Below, piece after piece: positions 1 to 10,446 of a DNA stretch of 40,951 nucleotides. How positions within the stretch are numbered: position 1 is the first letter of the stretch; every line of letters begins with the position of its first letter. The stretch comes from Craspedostauros australis (taxonomy: Eukaryota). The stretch lies in NCBI GenBank assembly GCA_030167865.1, contig JALAGF010004625.1, forward strand, positions 1-40,951, read 5' to 3'. The notes beneath the pieces are model-generated. The model saw only the letters and a list, made by a program, of their open reading frames with translations. It did not search any database and was not told the origin of the DNA. A program made the translations under genes and the position numbers.

Positions 1-175
1 TCAGATGATATCGTCATCTGAGGTTTAGTTGGGAAGTACCTCGAGATTCTCTTGGTACCATTGATGGATGGATGGATGATCTTCTGATTCTCTCAGAAAT
101 CGTTATTTGCAAATTTCCTCCAGAAATCTTGCCCCTTTTCGTGTGTTCCATTTCCCCTGTAATTCTGACGAATCA

Positions 176-203
176 NNNNNNNNNNNNNNNNNNNNNNNNN
201 NNN
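176..203. other. Assembly gap (28 N)
   Basis: Run of N directly in the sequence. Confidence 0.99.
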
Positions 204-479
204 TACCGTCCAAGTGCGTATGAGAGAATAGCGGGTGAACGATGCACATATACACGTACATCTTGACATATACTCACATGTACATCTCGACAGTAACTAT
301 GGAAGACGCATTGGCCCATTGTTGAGTGCCCTGGTTGGAGCTCTTGTTGATTATTTGTGAGTGTTGTCCGAAGACAACCCCTGACCAGTATTTGACTAGT
401 ACGATTAGTAAAGAAGTAAGAAGTAAGGAATTCAGTGAGAATTGTCATGATCGTAGCTTTTGTACTGTCCTATATCCAG

Positions 480-860
480 CATGCTGCGTCAGACATTCAC
501 AGGACAAATGGAGTAGGGTACTGCAGCTGCACAAGCCATAGACACGCCTCAGCAAGTGATCGAGAGCCTCATTCGAATCTTCCAAACATGTGCTGCATCG
601 GCCAATCCACTTGGGTTTTGACACGATCTCCATTTTTGAAGTTGACGATGATGTGCTTTTCTTCGCATGACGTCACTGTTGGCCGGTCTGCGGCAAAGAT
701 TCAGCGTTCGCGTTCAGTAACGTCGCTCAATCCTGTTGATGGATGTGGCGACGCTAGGATTTTGTTGTTAGGAGGAGCTTTGAGCGAAGACGACGATGAT
801 GACTCGTGCTCCAACGGCGGTAACACCTGCAATATCCAACGTTGGTAACGGCAACAGCGC
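480..860 (-). pseudogene. Possible decayed coding fragment, weakly reminiscent of FAD-dependent monooxygenases
   Basis: One frame reads YQRWILQVL...TERER*IFAADRPTVTSCEEKHIIVNFKNGDRVKTQV, then attggccgatg, which could be a frameshifted IGADG. Resemblance is weak and judged by eye only. Confidence 0.2.
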
Positions 861-1295
861 GCAATTGGCATACATACTCCTCCTCGTGCATCTGACTCAT
901 TCACTCTGTATGTCCTCGTACGAGTGAAGAGAGAGAGAGAGAGCAAAACAAACACGATTGATTGATCTTCGAAGGTGCAATGGATCGGTAAGGTTGTGCC
1001 CTTGGTGGATGTGTGTATTTGTGTTTGAAACGACGAGGACCAGGAGGACAACACGGCGAGTACCACACTCGTCATTCGTTCTACTTGACGAGTATGCTGA
1101 TGACCTATATCCTCAGTCTTAGCATGACCATCGGTCAACCCAAAAGATCTTCGTCGACAGCAAAAGCATGTGCCATGCGCCTCATCATCTGTATCCCTCG
1201 AGCGGGCAAGAACACTGTCGAGTCAATCGTGTATTCTGTGATCCACGATCTTCATCGATCGTTCTCACCAATTCTATCCGAGCTGCTTTGACCTT

Positions 1296-2736
1296 TCAAG
1301 ATTGTGACATCATGAAAGCATCGAACGATTCGTATTGCGCACTCCAGTTCAGCGCTTTGTTGCTGACCGAACCATCGTACGTCTTGCCCTTGGGATCGCT
1401 GTCTGTGCCCAGAAAATCGGGCAACGACATGCCTTGATACTTCTCGGCTTTTAAAGCACTCACGCAGATCTCACGTCGCGACATGGGATTGCCGTCGCTG
1501 ATCAAGAAGGGCTTGCCGCTGACGACGGCCGGGCCTGCACGCAAAGCGGCAAGCACAGAACCGGCGGCATCGTCGTAATGTAGCTGGTTCACAATGCCGT
1601 CCGATCGACCGCCCACGGGTTTTCCCGATGAAAGCCAGAAGTTGTGCGCGCCGCGATCGAGATTGTAAAGACCCGCCAACCGCAATGTGCAACCCCCATT
1701 CGCAAGGACAGCAGCTTCGGCATTGACCAACCGTGCAGCACGCGGGTTGCTTTCTGGATCGGCCAATGGAGTTTGTTCGTCGACGGTCGATCCGTCTTCA
1801 CCGGGGCCGTACCTGCGAATGGCAACGCGCCAACGCAACATAAGAGCATGCGAAAGGGTGTGAGATGTGGCATATGGGATAGGGCAGGAAGTCCGATCAT
1901 GGATGCCGGGTTCAAACTCCATTCGAATCAAGTAAGTGAGCACTACCGGGCTTCCTTGTCAAGCATCTTTCAAAGCACACGCACTGCGCACGTACACGGA
2001 TCCGGCCGATGTGAAGACGAAGACGCCCTTGTCCGATGACCAGTAATTCTCGACAACATCTCGGACCGCGCCAGGATAATCCTCGAACCCCGATGGAGGT
2101 GCGCAAAAGACGACGTTGTCGTACTTCGTTCCTTTGCATTCGTCCAATGTCTTGACTTCGAATCTGTCGCTCGAATCATCACCGAGCACTTCCGAAAGGA
2201 TCGTAGCATGCCGGTTGGTTGTTTTCGTGGCGGCCGTGACTGTTGTTATCATGGTTGCGAGCGTTGTTGTTATCGTTGTCGTTGTCGTTATTGTGATGGT
2301 GGAGAGGATGGAGTGGTTGGTTTTGTGTCGCGTTGTGTTGTGTTGTGTTGTGTTGGCAATTGAATACAATTGGAGGAGATTTGAGACGATTCACGTCTGC
2401 TCTGCTGCCAATCGTCGTCCAGGCACAAAGTGACACCCATCCCAAACTGTAGCACACACACACACTCTCTTTTCAACGCCCACCCGTACGACTGCAACAA
2501 ACATTTCTTCCGCCAGGGATAACCAAAGACGATCGCCACTCGGGCTCACCTTTGCAGGAGGCAAGGTCCGGAGACGCGACGATCTGCTTGCAGAGGCTCG
2601 TTCCCAGAACTCCGCATCCCACCACGAGACATTCCGACACGGCGTTGTCTGCCGTTGCCATTGCGGAGGCCACCGTGAAGGAAGCAGCCATGACAAAGCT
2701 GACGATGCCGAACATGAAGATTGCTGGTTGTCTCAT
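1296..2736 (-). CDS. NAD(P)-binding Rossmann-fold / NAD-dependent epimerase-dehydratase-like (atypical SDR) protein, ~315 aa, with N-terminal signal peptide; 3 exons (2736-2550, 2239-1996, 1812-1296)
   Basis: GxGxxG motif (CLVVGCGVLGTSL), VVFCAPPSG, FVFTSAGSVYG formed across the exon 2/3 junction, LRLAGLY, LHYDDAA. Splice sites g|gtgagc...acag and gt|gtacgt...gcag join three ORF fragments in frame (948 nt). Confidence 0.88.
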
Positions 2737-3203
2737 TGCCGAAGGTTAATGTAAACGTGATCGTTGGTATTGGTGATGCCAATGTCTTGTGGGTGCTGTG
2801 ATGGCCGAAGACGATCTTTGGTGGTGTTCAGTTCCGTTGGTTGTGACGTTGTGGATCTTGCGGTTCTCAGCGCAATCACGATTTGTCAGAACTTCAATCG
2901 TGACTGAAGTGCAATCAATGACTCATCGCTATCTATCATTTTGTGCATAGCTCAGACGAAAAGAGGACACAGTGCTGGAGGAAAGGACGGTATGTGCAAC
3001 GTAGACTTTGACGACAGTCGCAGAGTGTCCCACCAGCATGCCAACAGCAAAGATATTGAAAGCACCATAGTTATGAGCATGCTATAATGTATTATATCTT
3101 TCAGTCGAGTGGGAGTTTTGCTTTGTCGCGTCAACCACCCACTTCATTTCACTTCTTGTTGAACGGAGCGTGAATGCCATCGACATTCCAGTTGCCAAGT
3201 GTT

Positions 3204-4495
3204 TTACACACGATCAGGACATCCGGTGACCTTCAGGCGACCATCCGCGAAGGCCTGGTTGGCAATGTTGTTGTAGGCCTTGCCGTACGCAGGCGATTGG
3301 AAGTCGTTGTGGAATTGGTGGTAGACCTCGGCCTGGTAGAATGGGAACTTGGCGGTGTCGTAGACCCACACGGACTGCGTTCCAAGGGTGTCGCCGTCGT
3401 TGCCCTTGCCTTCTTTCAGGGTGAACCCCGCCTTTGCGGCTGCCTCCAGCACTGCTGGGTAGGATGCGTGCGATGTGCCGCCTGGCAAGCCCAGCAGGCT
3501 GCGATACTCGCCACCTCTGTCCATCGGGTCGACGCGGTCTGCGTTCGTGTTTATTGTTGGTGGTAGTGTTGTTGTTGTGGTTGTTGTTGTTGCGAGTTTG
3601 GGTGGGTGCGTGCATGCATGCATGTGTTGTGTGTGAGATGTGGCTACCACATGGAGACCATCGAGCACTTCACTCCACAACCACTCCGAATTCACACGAC
3701 TGCCTTCACCAACAACTTCATTCAAAGGTGGTCGACAGCAGTATTCAATAAGAATGCAACGATACCACAAATCAAACGACCTCACATACCTTTGGTCCTT
3801 GGATTGAACAGGGAGAAGTAGAGCTCGGCGAAGTCACCGATCTTGGATTGCGGGATGCTCATGCCGACGACCTCACCGTGACCCAGTCTGCCGTAGTCGG
3901 CGATCTGCTGCATGTTGTGGTAGCAGACGCGTCCTTCCGATCCGATCTTGGTGCCGCCAGCGTAACCAGTCATGCTGGTCAATTGCGCATCGCTGCGTCC
4001 CAGCATCTTGCGTTCACCTTCCACGAATTCGTGCTGGATGTGCCCTGCGGCGATATGGATGCGTGGTGTAGCAAGTGAACGAAGTGCATTGGTCGATCAT
4101 GGTACAAGAGAGCAGCGCAGAATAGAGCATTATGTGAGCGATGGAAATCGAAGTGGAATCACAGAGAATTCCTCAATCTCAACTCCAATCCCAATGCATG
4201 CCGCCATGCCATCAAACACACGCACAGTCAACACACGTGCAATAAACGCACACACAATACGCAAACCAGACAAACAAAAATACTCACAGTAACATCCGAC
4301 TCCAAAGTACACATCCGTCATGGAGGTCTCTTCCGCAACAGCCAACTGCGGTGCCACCACGGCCGCCGTGGCAGCCGTCATGACCCCCTCCAGAAGGGAA
4401 CGTCGCGAACCATTTTGGCGCACATTCAACGCGGCGATTTCGGTCAGCATGCCGCACAGGGCGACGCAGGCGAGGATGGTGCGGAACATCGTCAT
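3204..4495 (-). CDS. Peptide methionine sulfoxide reductase MsrA-fold protein, ~265 aa, signal peptide plus twin-arginine presequence; 3 exons (4495-4288, 4044-3790, 3538-3204)
   Basis: YFGVGCYWH assembled across intron 1 (MsrA GCFW-like), TGYAGG, GHGEVV, DRGGEYRS (MsrA DxGxQYRS-like), FYQAEVYHQ (MsrA AEEYHQ-like). Donors gtgagt and gtatgt with cag acceptors give an open 798-nt CDS. Confidence 0.85.
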
Positions 4496-4968
4496 GGTGT
4501 CAGCGTGGATAGCGGTCGATCCGATTTTGTGGAAGCAGGGGTTGTGTGTCTTGTGTTGCGTTGTTGCGTTGGCAGCATCGTTGGCAGCATCGTTGGCAAC
4601 ATCGGATCTCGATTTCCGTCTTCGTTTCTGTTCTCTCGTCGAAACTGACGTCAAGCTTCGCTCGATCGAATGATTCGATCGAATGCCAACAATGAAATTT
4701 AAGGCCTTTAGAAGTACCTTAGTCTATCGTTATATACGTATTCATTCCTGAGTATTAGTAAAAGCCGGCCTGACCACATTTCTCTGGTTGCGCGAAGTGG
4801 TGTTTCGCGAAGCAGAAAAGGCGAGAACATGAACCAACGCGTTGATTTGTGGTTTGCGGTTTGTGGCTTGTGGCGTGAATTCGTTTGTCGGCAATGAGCA
4901 AGAAGAAGAGGACGAGAGCATCGCCACCATCACCATCCGCAAAGAGATAACGAACAGAAGCAGGCAAG

Positions 4969-5985
4969 ATGGTGCGTAGTTGCGAAGGCGTGACGACCGT
5001 TGTAGTAGAAGGGACAATGATGATGACGATGATGATGACGATGGTGGCGGTGCAGGCAATGGATAGAATGGAGGAGAATCAGCAACAAGCAACGGTTCAT
5101 GTCGTTGTCTTTGCCGTGCATTCATCCCAATGATCGCTTCTCACGACAAAATCTTGCTCCTTTCTTGCTGTTGCTTCTTCGTTTGGCTTCGGCGGCTTCG
5201 TTGATGAACGCAACACGGCTTGCAACATGCCTTGCAATACGACGCGACGGTCGACATGGGAACGAGCAGGAAGTCGGAAAGCTTGTTGCAGTCATCGGTG
5301 ACGAGGTGAGGACGACAACGACGGCAAGCAACGATGATAACCATGACACAGAGCGATAACAGCAATTTGGTGGACCAAAAATCGAGCCGTTGCGGCATTT
5401 GCCAGTGGCGACAATGTCGCATCCAGCGAGCTCACGCGGCAAAGATTCGTCATTGGGTGCCATGACCGTCATTTGATCACATCTTTTTCGATTCAGTGCG
5501 ATTTCTGTATCGATACTAGACAAGAGGCTTCGTCGTTATGTTTCTCACACCATTTTTGCTTTCATCACATCCAACAATCAATGCAATAATCAATGCAACG
5601 CCCAATGCAACACACATCGGCACTCACCAACAACTGTTATACTATGCAACGAACGAACGAACGAACGAACGAACAGGACACCGTCACAGGATTCCTCCTG
5701 GCAGGAGTCGGACACAGAACCGCGGAGGGTGCCAATTTCCTCATCGTGAAGCAGGACACCAAATTGCAGCAAATCGAAGATGCCTTCAAGACGCTCAGTG
5801 CGCGTGATGATGTCGGCATCATCCTCATCAACCAGCACGTCGCCAATGACATCCGACACGTCCTCAAGGACTACAATGCCACAATCCCAACCGTCCTGGA
5901 AATCCCATCCAAGGAGCATCCATACGACCCAGAACAAGATTACATCATGCAGCGTGTCAACATGTTCCTGGGTGGTGGCAGTTAA
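4969..5985 (+). CDS. ATP6V1F: V-type H+-ATPase subunit F, ~115 aa; exons 4969-4971 (ATG only, inferred), 5270-5305, 5677-5985
   Basis: GKLVAVIGDE|DTVTGFLLAGVG, DDVGIILINQHVANDIR and IPTVLEIPSKEHPYDP are diagnostic VMA7/subunit F motifs. The gag|gtgag...acag|gac junction is clear. The first exon is less certain. Confidence 0.93.
5648..5674 (+). repeat. (AACG)6 microsatellite directly upstream of the 3' splice site of V-ATPase F intron 2
   Basis: aacg x6 + aac, followed by ag|gac. Confidence 0.9.
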
Positions 5986-6358
5986 ACGACTATGCAGAAT
6001 ATGTTCTCCAGAGAGCATCAAGCATTGCAACGCCATGCTCATAAGCTTCGAGTACAACTGCAATTGCTGTGAATGGACTATCCATGCGACGCCACGCCAT
6101 GCCAAACTCCCGTACTCAAATCAGATGTAGAATAACCAATTCTAAAACCGCACACGCACAATACAATACAACCATCACATCATCAGTCAAGCCACATCAT
6201 GAGTACTAGTACGCCGGTACCGAAGATCGTACTTTCATTGAGTGTAATAGTCGTCTCTATTGCTGTATTGTGTTGCCGCGTCATTCCATTCCACGAAGCA
6301 TTATTCCGCAATGCTCAGCCCAACCTTTCGCGTCACACTCTCGTCATGTCAATTCAAT

Positions 6359-9300
6359 TCATTTCATCACGAGAAAGGAATGCACTTCGTGACAGAACTC
6401 CTCGAACATCTTCTTGAACTTGATGCGATTCTGCCGACCTGCGTACCCGCGACTCGACATGACCTTCTGGATCAGATCCGGATGCAGCAACCGCTGAAAG
6501 GCGTCCGTCAATCGCTGCTCGGTCGACAGCTGCTGCACGATGCCGCCGAACCGTGGCAGATCGTACGCCGCCAGCGGTAGCAGCAGCATGCCGGCTGATT
6601 CCATGCGATCCCACACCGTGCTGGAGAAGACCACCTCCAGCAGGAATCGTCGCATCCATTTATCCATCACGCCGGGGTGCTGCAGATGGGTTTGCAACGT
6701 CTTGGCGTCGCGGATCATGCCCGTCAGTCCTTGCAGGGACGATTTGGCGACCATGGGGTCGTGATGGGACATGCCGAAGAGCAAGGAATCCAGCAAGGCG
6801 TCGAACAGCTCGAATGGCAGGGATTGCAGTTTGTCCGTGTAGGTCTCCATGACGAAGCCGACCAGCGAGAAGTACTGCGCGCACAGGGTGGGGAACTGCA
6901 GCAATCCTTGCGTCATCAAGGGCAGGATGTGCTGCAAGCCGAAGAAGATCATGTCGGTCACCTGCGACGAATCGACGCCGTCGCCGCCGATGAAATCCTT
7001 GGCGCCCAATTGAATTAACAGCTGGATGGCGCACAGAATGTCGCTGTAGGCCTGCTCCTCTTCGGCATCGACCCGCCGATGCTGACAATGCCGCGCGGAA
7101 TAGCTCTTGAGCAGCTCGGCCGACGACTGGAACAGGACGTGGCAGGCCTTGCCATCCAGAATCGCGATGAACTGTTCGGAGTAATCGCAAAACAACCGCA
7201 GCAGCGACTCGCAGATGGACAGATCCTGCGCGTAGTAGACCATGAGTCCGGATAGATGCGGCAAAGCCGGTGTCAGGAATTGGGGAATGCGCTCCGACGT
7301 CACCATATCACCGGCCCGCGCCACGCCGCCGTACAGTTCGGCGCACAGACAGGCCATCTCACGCGCGTCGACGCTGTCGGGATCGGCCCGTTTGTTGGCC
7401 AGGACGTCGACGAGCGACGCGAAGGCGTCGTGGATGGCCTGCAGGCACTCATTCAGCGGGGGTTTGGATTCCGGATCGCCGCAGGCCACCATCAGGGCCG
7501 TGAGGATGCGCGATTTGGTGGTGTACGGCAGTCGCTGGTATCCGCGGATGAGATGGATGTTGCCGCCGCCCGCCTTGGCCTTGACCGTGTCTTCCAGCTC
7601 CTGCGGCGCCGCGCTGTGTCGCACGCCGGCCGTGAGGCAGTGCAAGCGCAGCAGCTGCACGAAGGACGGGGACGCCAACAGGGCCATGCGCATGGGTTTG
7701 CAGCGTTTGGCGATAGACAGCAGCAACCTTGCCGAGCTGTCTTGCACTTGGCCTTCCTGCGGCCAGTAGCAATGATAATGCAAGCACAAGGTCGAACAGA
7801 ATGAGACGACCTGCTGCACCGATTCCTGCGTGGCCCACACCTTGAGGATGGGGCTGCTGGCCTCGATGCCCGATCCGACTGGCATGACGTAGGCTGGGCA
7901 CCATCGCTGCAGGAACCACAGCAGCGTCTTGCCCAGCAACGGCGACAATTTGGGATCCGACGGCTGCACCGCAATCTTGGATGCCTGCAGTTCGGCGAAT
8001 TGCACGAGATGCTGCACGACCTGCGCGATGCCCTGCGCCGTGTTGGCATCGGCGACGAGGAGGATCGTGTCGGGTATCATGGGCGTTTCGCCCGAGTTGT
8101 CGTCCGTCAATAAATGACCGACATACAGAATGACCAACCGCGCTTCTTCCAGGAGGGCCGCGACGTCCGGCGTGACGACGCTCGCAGCATTGTCCCACAC
8201 ACCGCGCAATCCTTGCACTGGCAAACATTTCAACGCCTCCGCCATGTTGAGACGGCCCATATGCGCCAACGAGGACATTTCGTCTTCGAGATCGACGGCG
8301 AATATCTCTTCCCGGACCTCGTCCAATTCTTCTTCGTGCTGCGTGAGGTACCGCTCCTCCATCTTGGCCATGCGGATGCGCGTCTGCACGAACTGGACGT
8401 AGAGCGGACTGAAGGTGGATGACAGGGCGGCGCGGGCGGATTGCTTTTCGGTCTCGGCGCCGGGACAGCAGAGCCAGGGATCGGAACATAACAGGACGCA
8501 GCCTTCCAACAAAATCTGAATGGCTTCCTCCCGCCATTCCCTGTACTCCATGGATTCCAAATCGCCATGATGCGTCTGACAATCCTGGCACTGGTGCTGC
8601 AGCAGCTCATGTCCCATCTGCGACATGCCTTGCAGAAGGGATTGCAAGGCGTTGGGGTCGGCGGCCATGGTCGTGGAGAGCTGGAAGTTAGCGATGAAGC
8701 GCGTGATGAGGGAGATGCAATCCATCCAGGCCGGCGATTCTGGTTGGCGCGGCACCATGGCCATGAGACCGAGGATGCCTTCCAGGACGAGGCGGCAGTA
8801 TCCTTGGCGTTCGATCTGCGATCCGAAGACGGGTCCCGACAGACTGGTCAAGAGGAGAAGGAGATGCCGCAGAGCCTGCGCCAAATTGGGTTGCTGCTGC
8901 GCGACGACCGAATGCAGATGGAAGCAGGCCTTGACGAAATCCGGTTGCAGAATGACGCTACGCCACGACGCCGGCGGTCGCAGCAGACTTCTGGTGGTGG
9001 TGGACGAGGACACATCAAAGGCATCGGTACCGAACTCCCACGACAGGACATCCAACGTGACCTGCACGACCGTGCAGGAGATGGATTCCTGCATGGACGT
9101 TTGCGCCACGACGTAGCTGAGGGCCGTCATGCTCCACTGCAACGAGGACTCCAGCCATCCCTGCGTTTCGAAGGCCTTATGCGCGCGCTTGTGAAACTCC
9201 ATGGGCAGACGGTAGGGCGAGGCCGATTTTCCCGCGAATTCGCCGACCAACGTGGAGAGGAAGGATGCGCCGGCCGACAGGGACTCCGCGGTCGTCGCCG

Positions 9301-9829
9301 CGTCCTTCGCGCTGGGCAAGAAGGTGTTGACGTAGTGGAAGAGATCCTTGAAGGTGGCCAACTGCGGCATCGCATGGCGCTGCATCTGCTGCACGACGGC
9401 CTGCTCCTGCGGCGACATGGGCTTGCCGCCGTCGTTGGTCTTGTGCGCGGTGGCATCGAAGGCCGCGTCGTTCCACTGTCGCTTCCAGAACGACGCCGCC
9501 GCATTGAAGTAGGCCAGCCTGATCGTGCGCGGGACGTTGGGCTGGTGTCCCAGCACGAGCAGGACGTCGCGCACGTGGGCACGGAACAGCGGCGCGCACT
9601 GGCTCCATCTCGCCAGCAGGACGTGGCGCGTGCCGGTGATGCAGTGGAAGAGCAGCTCCTGCGAGACGTGCTGCTGCTGCTCCAAGATGGTGCGCAGGAA
9701 GAGGAACTGCGGGTCGCCGGCATCTCGCAGCATCTGCAAGGCGGCGTGGCCCATGGCTGCGGCATTGCCGGTGAAGCTGGGCGGCGGCGTCGACAGCACG
9801 CGCTGCAGTTCCGCCGTTGCCGATGTCAT
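6359..9829 (-). CDS. XPO4: Exportin-4-like importin-beta family nuclear transport receptor, ~1156 aa, single exon
   Basis: Long helical HEAT-like ORF. LVGEFA...RLPMEFHKRAHKAFE, VLSWEF, LRPPASWR, GHLLTDDNSGETPMIP, LSPLLGKTLLWFLQRW, FFGLQHILPLMTQGLLQFPTLCAQYFSL and C-terminal FKKMFEEFCHEVHSFLVMK resemble exportin-4. First ATG at 9829. Confidence 0.82.
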   Translation of the reverse strand: MTSATAELQRVLSTPPPSFTGNAAAMGHAALQMLRDAGDPQFLFLRTILEQQQHVSQELLFHCITGTRHVLLARWSQCAPLFRAHVRDVLLVLGHQPNVPRTIRLAYFNAAASFWKRQWNDAAFDATAHKTNDGGKPMSPQEQAVVQQMQRHAMPQLATFKDLFHYVNTFLPSAKDAATTAESLSAGASFLSTLVGEFAGKSASPYRLPMEFHKRAHKAFETQGWLESSLQWSMTALSYVVAQTSMQESISCTVVQVTLDVLSWEFGTDAFDVSSSTTTRSLLRPPASWRSVILQPDFVKACFHLHSVVAQQQPNLAQALRHLLLLLTSLSGPVFGSQIERQGYCRLVLEGILGLMAMVPRQPESPAWMDCISLITRFIANFQLSTTMAADPNALQSLLQGMSQMGHELLQHQCQDCQTHHGDLESMEYREWREEAIQILLEGCVLLCSDPWLCCPGAETEKQSARAALSSTFSPLYVQFVQTRIRMAKMEERYLTQHEEELDEVREEIFAVDLEDEMSSLAHMGRLNMAEALKCLPVQGLRGVWDNAASVVTPDVAALLEEARLVILYVGHLLTDDNSGETPMIPDTILLVADANTAQGIAQVVQHLVQFAELQASKIAVQPSDPKLSPLLGKTLLWFLQRWCPAYVMPVGSGIEASSPILKVWATQESVQQVVSFCSTLCLHYHCYWPQEGQVQDSSARLLLSIAKRCKPMRMALLASPSFVQLLRLHCLTAGVRHSAAPQELEDTVKAKAGGGNIHLIRGYQRLPYTTKSRILTALMVACGDPESKPPLNECLQAIHDAFASLVDVLANKRADPDSVDAREMACLCAELYGGVARAGDMVTSERIPQFLTPALPHLSGLMVYYAQDLSICESLLRLFCDYSEQFIAILDGKACHVLFQSSAELLKSYSARHCQHRRVDAEEEQAYSDILCAIQLLIQLGAKDFIGGDGVDSSQVTDMIFFGLQHILPLMTQGLLQFPTLCAQYFSLVGFVMETYTDKLQSLPFELFDALLDSLLFGMSHHDPMVAKSSLQGLTGMIRDAKTLQTHLQHPGVMDKWMRRFLLEVVFSSTVWDRMESAGMLLLPLAAYDLPRFGGIVQQLSTEQRLTDAFQRLLHPDLIQKVMSSRGYAGRQNRIKFKKMFEEFCHEVHSFLVMK

Positions 9830-10446
9830 GGTTGTGTGGGTTGCGTGTGTGCGTTGCAAGCTATTGTATTACTATTATATTCTATTGTACTATATGCTGT
9901 TGTCGTATTGATTCTGTGATGATAGAATACAATATATGTGAGTGTGATTGTGATTGTGGATACCATTTAATATGATTGATCACATGTGATGGATCATCGA
10001 TGCACCAATCGGCGTGGATGGATGTTTTGGAATCAGTGGGCGAAGAGAGGATGTGCCTGAGCGGAGCAGACCATGATCTGCACGGACAAACATGGTAAAC
10101 CATGACAACACGGAATTGTGTGAGACGCCATCACGCGGAAATCTTGTGATCGGTGTCTTTGCGTGGATTTGCGTGACAAGAAGACAACGAAGAGAATTCG
10201 ATTCAGTCCAAGGAGTCATTTGGCCTGCGAGAAGTTCGTGCGACACAAAAATCCGTCGTTCTGATTTTGTCTTGCACTGTTCTACGTGATTTTCCACGAG
10301 ACGTTTGTGGTAGGAGAGGATTGCGGAACCAAGAAGAGGCAAACAACGCAAACAAGGCATAACGCATGCCATTATAAGAGAGATAGGACAGACAGGAGAG
10401 GCAGGAGAGGCACCAACGCGGAGACGTTGAGCAGCGCGTTGCGACC

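Noticed and set aside
701-703. In-frame TGA considered as selenocysteine readthrough
   Set aside because: No redox motif context and no recognisable SECIS element; the flanking ORF is not convincingly coding.
8567-9919. 450-aa plus-strand ORF antisense to the exportin gene (also 7449-8591 and others in alternative frames)
   Set aside because: Shadow ORFs caused by high GC at third codon positions; no recognisable motifs, and they overlap a well-supported gene.
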